From: Geobacter metallireducens GS-15
Lineage (GTDB): Bacteria; Desulfobacterota; Desulfuromonadia; Geobacterales; Geobacteraceae
Reading direction: 5' to 3'
NCBI RefSeq assembly: GCF_000012925.1
Contig: NC_007517.1
Span: 3,660,001-3,692,000 of the forward strand
Length of the DNA stretch: 32,000 bases
A program made the translations under genes and the position numbers. Each line of letters begins with the position of its first letter. The first letter of the stretch is position 1. Positions 24,455 through 32,000 of the stretch are shown here, in pieces. The notes under the pieces were generated by a model. It ran no database searches and had not been told where the DNA came from. It saw only the letters and a list, made by a program, of their open reading frames with translations.

Positions 24455-26120
24455 GGGCTCCCTCCTGCTGTCGCTGCCCTATGGCGCCGACGGCCCCGTC
24501 GCAGGCCGCGCCGAGGCGCCCCCCCTTGGCAGCCAGCTCCGAAAGAAGGGGAAGCGTTGCCGTATCACCAATTTGGCCGAGGGCGGCGGCGGCAAGGCAG
24601 CGCAGTTCCTCTCCCCGCCGCCGGGAAAACCAGTGCCGACTCCCCAACAGCGCCACAAGGGCGGGAACGGCCCGCCGGTCGCCGATCTTGCCGAGGGCGG
24701 CAAGAGCAACCTTCTTGAGGGAGAACGTGCTTGCAAAGAGATCCCTCCTGGCCACGACGGCAAGGAGCGGCTCCACCGCCCGGCCGCTCCGGAGCGCCCC
24801 AAGGGAGACTGCTGCAAGGCGTCGTAGGGCCGGATCGCGGGACGAGTCGAGACAGGCAATGATCGCCTCCTCCGCTTCGGGACCGCCGATGCGCACAAGG
24901 CTTCTGAGGACCTCGCGGCGCACCCCCTCAGCGGGATGGCCAAGGCATTGCCGCAGTTCCGCCAAGCAGCCACCCGCGCCGATCTCGCCGAGAATCTCCG
25001 CCGCCGTCTGAACCACGGGATCGCTCCCGTCGGCAAGAAGTTCAAGCACGGGCTCGACCGCCTCGTCTCCCACGGCCAAAAGCCCCAAAGCAAGATTCCT
25101 GAGGGGACGGACCCCTTCGGCGCAGCGAAGCCGCGCCGCCAGGGGAGCCGCTGCCCGGGAGCCCAATTCGGCGAAGAAGGGGAGAAGGCGGTCCCCCTCC
25201 GTGGCCCCGTGTTCCTCCAGGTGCCGCACGAGAAAACCGACCATCCCCGTCCCCACCGTCTGGTCGAAGGCGAGGAGGGCGCTGCCGCGCCGGGCGAGTC
25301 CCATCTCCCCGTCATTGGCCTGCTGCAGTAGACGCTCAAGGAGCGGAAAGAGCCGCTCGAATTCGCTGTCGTCCTGAAGGCGGAGGCACTCTTTCACGAA
25401 AGCCCGACTGAGCTCGCGATAGCGTTCGTCATCGGGCTCCCGCGCCATGAGTTCGATGAGCTCTTCAGGAGTCGTCGTTTGCTGCTCCCAGGCACCGTCG
25501 GCATGGAACTCCGCCGCAGGGATCACGGAAAGCGCCGTATCGATCTCTGCCTCCTCAATTTCTTTCAGAAACGCCTCGCCAGGCTGCCATTCCCCGACAG
25601 ATGGTCCCTGCCCCGCCGCGGCAAAGGAGTCCTGAATTTCCTGCCGCTTGCGGCCGATGGCGGACAGATCGATCTCATTGGCCCAGATGGTGGTGATCCC
25701 CCGTTGCGCCATGAGCGCCTCCATGCCGCCGGCAGAGGGAATGCTCCGATAATCGAGGGAAAGAAGGGAAAGAAAGGACTCCAGGTCTGTCAGGGTGAGG
25801 TCTGCCAGAAACGCGATGCGGCGAACCCTCCGGATAAAGAGCTCCCGGGCGAGGGCCTGGGCCATGGGATTATCCTCCACGGCCGCTTCCCCGTCGGGAA
25901 CGGCAAAGCCCCCCTTGCCCACCGCCAGCAGAAGATGCTCCTCCCCCACGGCCTCGCGAAGGGCGCCGAAGGCAAGACGGAGGCTTTCCGCCCGGAGCGG
26001 ATGCCCCGCAGGGTAGAATCCCATGGCCTTGAGGGCCTTGTGGAGTTCGGCCAAGGCAGCACCGCGACGACGTGAGGCGGCATTATCACGTCGGTTGTGC
26101 TGCTCCTCCCGAGTAACCAT
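24447..26120 (-). CDS. HEAT-repeat protein whose N-terminal module is paralogous to that of the HD-GYP protein
   Basis: The C-terminal two thirds are HEAT/PBS-lyase repeats (VQTAAEILGEIG, VRREVLRSLVRIG, LRRLAAVSLGAL, ...ALAALGKIGD, LAAAALGQIGD). The start was set to MVTREEQ (AAGGAGA RBS) rather than the track's 26258. Confidence 0.8.
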   Translation of the reverse strand: MVTREEQHNRRDNAASRRRGAALAELHKALKAMGFYPAGHPLRAESLRLAFGALREAVGEEHLLLAVGKGGFAVPDGEAAVEDNPMAQALARELFIRRVRRIAFLADLTLTDLESFLSLLSLDYRSIPSAGGMEALMAQRGITTIWANEIDLSAIGRKRQEIQDSFAAAGQGPSVGEWQPGEAFLKEIEEAEIDTALSVIPAAEFHADGAWEQQTTTPEELIELMAREPDDERYRELSRAFVKECLRLQDDSEFERLFPLLERLLQQANDGEMGLARRGSALLAFDQTVGTGMVGFLVRHLEEHGATEGDRLLPFFAELGSRAAAPLAARLRCAEGVRPLRNLALGLLAVGDEAVEPVLELLADGSDPVVQTAAEILGEIGAGGCLAELRQCLGHPAEGVRREVLRSLVRIGGPEAEEAIIACLDSSRDPALRRLAAVSLGALRSGRAVEPLLAVVARRDLFASTFSLKKVALAALGKIGDRRAVPALVALLGSRHWFSRRRGEELRCLAAAALGQIGDTATLPLLSELAAKGGRLGAACDGAVGAIGQRQQEGAHD

Positions 26121-26214
26121 CTCTGTCTCCTTTATGGTCGGGACAACGCCCACGCACCTGTCAAAGGGAGCACGCCGGCGACAACTTCCTGACACGGGTT
26201 GTCCTGTGGCTCCG

Positions 26215-26243
26215 TTGACAGACACTCCGAATCGGTTTAGAAC
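26215..26243 (+). promoter_or_regulatory. Sigma-70-type promoter (TTGACA-17-TAGAAC)
   Basis: TTGACA at 26215-26220, a 17-nt spacer, TAGAAC at 26238-26243, upstream of radA. Confidence 0.5.
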
Positions 26244-26297
26244 TGAGCATTGCGCCACCCCTCGAACCCGTTGCGGAGGATAATCCGTTTGAAAACC

Positions 26298-27638
26298 ATG
26301 ACATTGTATGTCTGCCAGAACTGCGGATACCAGTCGGCCAAGTGGCTCGGTAAGTGCCCCGACTGCTCCGCCTGGAACAGCCTCGTGGAAGAGGTGCGGG
26401 GCAAGGGGAAAGGCCCCTCCGCCCCCCTCTCCGGCGTGGCGCCGGTCCCCATCTGCGACGTGGCGGGGGAGGCGGAAGAACGGCTCCCCTGCGGCATATC
26501 CGAGTTCGACCGGGTCCTGGGCGGAGGGTTAGTGGCCGGCTCCGTCATCCTTATCGGCGGCGATCCCGGCATCGGAAAATCAACCCTTCTCTTGCAAGTG
26601 ATGGACCACTTGGCGCGCACCGTCGGACCGGTCCTCTACGTTTCCGGCGAAGAGTCGGCCCGGCAGGCGAGGCTGAGGGGAGAGCGGCTCGGTATCCGGG
26701 CAAAGGAGCTTCTCATCCTGGCCGAAACTGCCCTCGAAACAGTGCTGGCCCAGATCGGCGCCGTGGCCCCCCGGGCCGTGGTCATCGACTCCATCCAGAC
26801 CATGTACGCCCCGGGGCTCGAATCGGCCCCCGGAAGCGTGAGCCAGGTGCGGGAGTGCGCGGGGCGCCTCATGGTGGCGGCGAAACGGAGCGCCATCCCC
26901 ACCTTCATTGTAGGGCACGTCACCAAGGACGGCTCCATCGCCGGCCCCCGGGTCCTGGAGCACATGGTCGACACGGTCCTCTACTTCGAGGGGGACCGGG
27001 GGCACGCCTTCCGGATCCTGCGGGCGGTCAAAAACCGCTTCGGCTCCACCAACGAGATCGGCGTTTTCGAGATGAAGGAGGGGGGACTCTGCGAGGTCCG
27101 CAACCCCTCGGAAATATTCCTTTCGGAGCGCCCCCTGGGGGTGTCCGGCTCCGCCGTGGTCACCACCATCGAGGGAAGCCGTCCGCTCCTGGTGGAGCTC
27201 CAGGCCCTGGTCACCCCTTCCTCCCTGGGGGTTCCCCGCCGCACCACCCTGGGGGTCGACGCCAACCGTCTTGCCCTCCTGGTGGCCGTCCTCGACAAGA
27301 AGGTGGGACTCCACATGGCGGGGCAGGACATCTTCCTGAATGCCGCCGGCGGGGCGAGGGTAAGCGAACCGGCCGCCGACCTCGGTATGGTGGCCGCCCT
27401 CGCCTCCAGCCATCTGGACAAGGTCATCGATCCCCAGACGGTGGTTGTGGGCGAGGTGGGACTGGCCGGAGAGGTGCGGGCCATAACCCAGCCGGAAACC
27501 CGGGTACGGGAGGCGGCCAAGCTCGGCTTTACCCGGGCCGTCATCCCCGCCGGCAGCCTCAAGCAGGTGACCGCCGTGGAGGGGATGGAAGTAATCGGGG
27601 TCAAATCGGTTGAAGAGGCCCTGGACCGGCTCCTGTGA
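26298..27638 (+). CDS. radA: DNA repair protein RadA/Sms
   Basis: MTLYVCQNCGYQSAKWLGKCPDCSAWNS (zinc finger), GGDPGIGKSTLLLQ (Walker A), KNRFG motif (VKNRFGSTNEIGVFEM), and a Lon-like C-terminal domain. Confidence 0.95.
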   Translation: MTLYVCQNCGYQSAKWLGKCPDCSAWNSLVEEVRGKGKGPSAPLSGVAPVPICDVAGEAEERLPCGISEFDRVLGGGLVAGSVILIGGDPGIGKSTLLLQVMDHLARTVGPVLYVSGEESARQARLRGERLGIRAKELLILAETALETVLAQIGAVAPRAVVIDSIQTMYAPGLESAPGSVSQVRECAGRLMVAAKRSAIPTFIVGHVTKDGSIAGPRVLEHMVDTVLYFEGDRGHAFRILRAVKNRFGSTNEIGVFEMKEGGLCEVRNPSEIFLSERPLGVSGSAVVTTIEGSRPLLVELQALVTPSSLGVPRRTTLGVDANRLALLVAVLDKKVGLHMAGQDIFLNAAGGARVSEPAADLGMVAALASSHLDKVIDPQTVVVGEVGLAGEVRAITQPETRVREAAKLGFTRAVIPAGSLKQVTAVEGMEVIGVKSVEEALDRLL

Positions 27639-27673
27639 GCCTCTCCCCATTACCGGCGTCACATACTTTTTAC

Positions 27674-27702
27674 TTTACTTGACCGCACAATCCCTTTATT
27701 AT
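27674..27702 (+). promoter_or_regulatory. Candidate promoter (TTTACT-17-TATTAT)
   Basis: TTTACT at 27674-27679, a 17-nt spacer, TATTAT at 27697-27702, upstream of dksA. Confidence 0.35.
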
Positions 27703-27739
27703 CTGTACGATTAAGCGTCATAAAGGGGAGACACGCGGC

Positions 27740-28096
27740 ATGGACAAGGAGAAGCTCGAATATTTCAGATCGATCCTCAACGATGAGATCCGATCGCTCC
27801 AGGAAGAGGCGGGAAAAACCGTCTCGGAAATGACCGTCGACTCCACCAGCTTCCCCGACCCCACCGACCGGGCAACCCAGGAGTCAGACCGCAACTTCGA
27901 GCTCCGCATCAGGGATCGGGAGCGCAAGCTCATCAACAAGATCCGGGAGGCCCTCGAACGGATCGAGGACGGCAGCTTCGGCACCTGCGAGGTCTGTGGA
28001 GAGGATATCAGCGAGGCGCGCCTCAAGGCCCGTCCGGTCACCACCCTCTGCATTGACTGCAAAATGGAGCAGGAGCGGAAAGAAAAACACCCGTAA
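27740..28096 (+). CDS. dksA: DksA/TraR-family C4 zinc-finger RNA polymerase-binding protein
   Basis: 118 aa. The coiled-coil tip is DPTDRATQESD. The zinc finger is CEVCGEDI...LCIDC. The RBS is AGGGGAG. Confidence 0.85.
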   Translation: MDKEKLEYFRSILNDEIRSLQEEAGKTVSEMTVDSTSFPDPTDRATQESDRNFELRIRDRERKLINKIREALERIEDGSFGTCEVCGEDISEARLKARPVTTLCIDCKMEQERKEKHP

Positions 28097-28153
28097 TCTT
28101 ATCCTTTCGTCCCGCTTACTCCCCGTAGCATCTACCCGTGCCCCGGAGTCCGG

Positions 28154-29980
28154 ATGGCTGCTCAGAATCAATTCAAGATAGCCAGCAATGCGATTCGGAT
28201 AGCCAACTCCACCGAACACCCTCACCATGTCCGGCTGAAAGCCTTCGCGCACCTCATTACCGAAGCCTTCCACTGCTCATCGGCGACCATCTACCTGGCC
28301 GACGAGAGAGACCACCTGCTCCACCGAAAGATATCCACTCTCCTCCCCGACGAAATCAGCGATTGCATTATCCCCTTCGGCAAGGGAGTTGCAGGACGAT
28401 GCGCGGCGCATGCCAGACCAATCTACCGCGGAATCTCGTCATTGCACCCCCACGAGCCCTCCCTGGGCACCGAACACCAAGTACATGCCCACCCCATCAT
28501 CGACGGAGAGCGACTGCTGGGGGTCCTGACCATCGGCCTCCCCGACACCACCCTTCTCGACGGGGAGGATCTCGAACTTCTGCAGGTCCTCTTGATCGAG
28601 GCCGCCGGCATTATCCGCCGCAAGCGCTCCCGCGATGACATGAACAAGCGGCTTGAGGAGTTTTCTTTCCTCTACCGCATCAGCAACGCGATGCTCTCCA
28701 CCATCAAGCTGAACCGACTCGTGCACCTGATTCTTTCAGCCATCACGTCGGGGACCCCCCCTGTTTTCGACCGTGCCATGCTCTTTCTGGCCAACGAACG
28801 GACCGAGATCCTCCAGGGAATGACCGGCATCGCCCGGGCCGGGGGACCTGAACCGCCGGCGGACCTGCCACCCGCCCCCACGCCGGATTCCCTGAACGTA
28901 TCAGACGAAGAGATTGCCCTCCTACAGCAAACCGAATTTTGCAGACTTGTCAAGGCGACGCGGCTTCCCCTGGACAGCACCCAGAACCACATCTCCAAGG
29001 CAGTGCTCGACAGGCAGCTGGTCCTTGTCCGCGCCCCCCGTCGCGAATCCCCCATTGACCGATCCTTCAACCGGAAGTTCGGCGGTACCCCATTCGCCAT
29101 CGCCCCACTCATCGCCCACAATCAGGTCATCGGCGCCATCGTCGTCGACAACTGCACCAGCGGACGCCCCATCACCCCCGATGAACTCAATCTGCTGCAA
29201 CTGTTCACCAACCAGGCGGGAATGGCGGCGGAAAACTCCATCCTCTACAACCGGCTCGAAGAAACCAACCGCAATCTCCACGAGACCCAGGAGCGCCTCC
29301 TGCAGGGGGAGAAACTGGCTGCCATCGGCCAGATGGCCGCCGGAATCGCCCACGAGATCAAGAACCCTCTCGTTTCGGTAGGGGGCTTTGCGGGACGGCT
29401 GAAAAGGAGATTCCCCGCCGATACCGAGGAATGGCAATACGCGGATCTCATCACCCGTGAAGTCCAGCATCTGGAAACCATGCTGACCGACATCCTCTTC
29501 TTCTCGAAGAAGACGACCATCTGCTACAGCCGGTGCAGCATTAACCAGATTATCGAAGACGCCCTCTCGGTGGTCGCTCTCCCCATCGAGGAAAAAGGAA
29601 TTAAGGTTGAAAAAATCCTGGCATCGCGCCTCCCCTCGGTCCTGGGCGACTACCAGCAGATCCGCCACGTTTTCATCAACCTGTTCAGCAACGCCAATGA
29701 CGTCATGGAGCCTGGGGGCGTCCTGGAAATCGAGTCCCTCCCCGCCCAGATCGACGGAAGCCGAGCCGTCTCAGTCAAGGTTTCCGACACAGGAGCAGGG
29801 ATTCTCCTTGAACATATCCATACCCTCTTCAGCCCCTTCTTCACCACGAAGGAAAAAGGGACCGGCCTCGGTCTGGCTATCGCCCACAAGATCATAACGG
29901 CCCATGGAGGCACCATCACGGTTAAAAACCGCGAGACCGGAGGAGCTGAATTCACCGTCGTCATCCCGGTATCCCCCTAA
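28154..29980 (+). CDS. Sensor histidine kinase with two GAF-like domains (cytoplasmic)
   Basis: HisKA: AAGIAHEIKNPL. HATPase: NLFSNANDVM, DTGAGI, TTKEKGTGLGLAI. The two N-terminal regions of about 150 aa are GAF-like (GVAGRCAAH..., FAIAPLIAHNQVIGAIVVDN). No TM segments. Confidence 0.9.
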   Translation: MAAQNQFKIASNAIRIANSTEHPHHVRLKAFAHLITEAFHCSSATIYLADERDHLLHRKISTLLPDEISDCIIPFGKGVAGRCAAHARPIYRGISSLHPHEPSLGTEHQVHAHPIIDGERLLGVLTIGLPDTTLLDGEDLELLQVLLIEAAGIIRRKRSRDDMNKRLEEFSFLYRISNAMLSTIKLNRLVHLILSAITSGTPPVFDRAMLFLANERTEILQGMTGIARAGGPEPPADLPPAPTPDSLNVSDEEIALLQQTEFCRLVKATRLPLDSTQNHISKAVLDRQLVLVRAPRRESPIDRSFNRKFGGTPFAIAPLIAHNQVIGAIVVDNCTSGRPITPDELNLLQLFTNQAGMAAENSILYNRLEETNRNLHETQERLLQGEKLAAIGQMAAGIAHEIKNPLVSVGGFAGRLKRRFPADTEEWQYADLITREVQHLETMLTDILFFSKKTTICYSRCSINQIIEDALSVVALPIEEKGIKVEKILASRLPSVLGDYQQIRHVFINLFSNANDVMEPGGVLEIESLPAQIDGSRAVSVKVSDTGAGILLEHIHTLFSPFFTTKEKGTGLGLAIAHKIITAHGGTITVKNRETGGAEFTVVIPVSP

Positions 29981-30063
29981 CTTTGCCCTTTTCAAGAGAA
30001 TCAGTTTACGGTATAAACACGATGTTGTGTTTGTCTAAACAGGAGCATTTACAATTCAATAAC

Positions 30064-30139
30064 GGGGATGTAGCTCAGCTGGGAGAGCGATGCGTTCGCA
30101 ACGCATAGGTCGACGGTTCGATCCCGTTCATCTCCACCA
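30064..30139 (+). tRNA. tRNA-Ala (anticodon CGC)
   Basis: Acceptor GGGGATG/CATCTCC with the G3:U70 alanine identity pair, D stem GCTC/GAGC, anticodon stem ATGCG/CGCAT with loop TTCGCAA, T loop TTCGATC, encoded CCA. Confidence 0.95.
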
Positions 30140-30148
30140 ATAATAACA

Positions 30149-30186
30149 AGGGCTTACAGCTAATGCTGTAGGCCCTTTGTTCTTTT
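30149..30186 (+). terminator. Intrinsic terminator after tRNA-Ala
   Basis: AGGGCTTACAGC TAAT GCTGTAGGCCCT (12-bp stem with one G-U pair), then TTGTTCTTTT. Confidence 0.7.
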
Positions 30187-30482
30187 CTGGCAACAACTGT
30201 TGCCGCTTCGTTGCCTTCTGTGACGTAGATAAGGAAGGAATAGGATGAAATAAAATGGATGGCAACCCAGAAAAAAACAAAAGCCTCGTGTCTGGCCGGC
30301 ACGGGGCTTTTAACAGGCCGTTGTAAAACTCCTTCATTTCCAGGGCAATCCCCTTCAAGGAGATCATTTTAGGCCGATAGTTGCATTGATCTCGCCCTAT
30401 TCGTTCTTTGAAACTTTGCTTTTTACCTTGATTTGGCCTTTTCGGGCGGGCTTTGCGACCAAGAGTCGCATTATTCCCCTGA

Positions 30483-30556
30483 TTATGCCGTTTTCGTCCC
30501 GAGATTGCGCAGCCGGACCAGATTGTATGCCGCAATGGCCATGGTGAAGTACCAGT
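30483..30556 (-). pseudogene. C-terminal tail remnant of a DDE transposase (IS4/IS5/IS1380-like), truncated by the IS21 insertion
   Basis: The minus-strand frame reads ...NWYFTMAIAAYNLVRLRNLGTKTA*. The hydrophobic-A-x-N-L-x-R-L tail is typical of the extreme C-terminus of those transposase families. The reading frame is cut where the IS21 terminus begins. This call rests on motif memory only. Confidence 0.35.
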
Positions 30557-30562
30557 TGTCAA

Positions 30563-30619
30563 CGGCAATCGAAAATTGACCCACTTTACCGGTTGATCGG
30601 CAATTGAAAAATGACCCAC
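30563..30619. repeat. Subterminal direct repeats of the IS21-family element
   Basis: CGGCAATCGAAAATTGACCCAC (30563-30584) and CGGCAATTGAAAAATGACCCAC (30598-30619) are identical at 20 of 22 positions and lie 35 bp apart. IS21-family ends carry multiple such transposase-binding repeats. Confidence 0.6.
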
Positions 30620-30628
30620 CTTCCTGGG

Positions 30629-32000
<1,372 letters not shown>

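Noticed and set aside
26354-27613. 419-aa plus-strand ORF in an alternative frame of radA
   Set aside because: The Arg/Gly/Pro-rich out-of-frame translation is an artefact. The radA frame has the zinc finger, Walker A and KNRFG motifs.
30075-30302. 75-aa minus-strand ORF overlapping tRNA-Ala
   Set aside because: It lies antisense to a tRNA and its terminator, has no supporting signals, and is a chance ORF.
30128-30619. 163-aa minus-strand ORF spanning the tRNA-Ala flank and the IS21 terminus
   Set aside because: It crosses the IS boundary and the subterminal repeats, so it cannot predate the insertion. It has no RBS or motifs. The only meaningful coding signal there is the short transposase tail in another frame.

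Overview
This is a 32-kb chromosomal segment that looks like a Geobacter-type (Desulfuromonadales) genome. That placement is an inference from GC-rich coding DNA with long spurious antisense ORFs, an OmpJ-like porin, hisZ-purA, che genes, and HD-GYP/HEAT/GAF signalling proteins. Gene order, left to right: a 5'-partial methylmalonyl-CoA mutase catalytic subunit; a low-GC GxxExxY gene bracketed by inverted repeats; methylmalonyl-CoA epimerase; an AT-rich 520-bp leader with two near-consensus promoters and an intrinsic terminator; an OmpJ-like porin; a small secreted coiled-coil protein; a secreted FG-GAP-like protein; an MNT/HepT toxin-antitoxin pair; hisZ; purA; tRNA-Lys(UUU) and tRNA-Glu(UUC). 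On the minus strand follow a fatty-acid hydroxylase, a lytic transglycosylase and a sigma-54 response regulator. On the plus strand follow a perfect sigma-28-type promoter, cheW-cheA-cheR-HDOD-cheB, a small convergent ORF, and a divergent CheR-like methyltransferase. Next come a minus-strand fabH paralog and a small membrane protein, a miniature ORF-less copy of the GxxExxY-flanking repeat, and a HEAT protein. After that are a minus-strand HD-GYP protein and a HEAT protein that share an N-terminal domain, then radA, dksA, a GAF-GAF histidine kinase, tRNA-Ala(CGC), a transposase tail remnant, and an IS21-family element (istB complete, istA cut by the window edge). I saw no CRISPR array, rRNA or phage structural genes. 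The best leads are: (1) the inverted-repeat-bracketed GxxExxY cassette plus its ORF-less miniature copy 20 kb away; (2) the translationally coupled HEAT/HD-GYP pair with a shared N-terminal module; (3) the promoter-terminator unit in the porin leader; (4) the HDOD-containing, cheY-less che operon with an adjacent divergent CheR-like enzyme. All start-codon refinements and motif calls were made by eye, with no database search.
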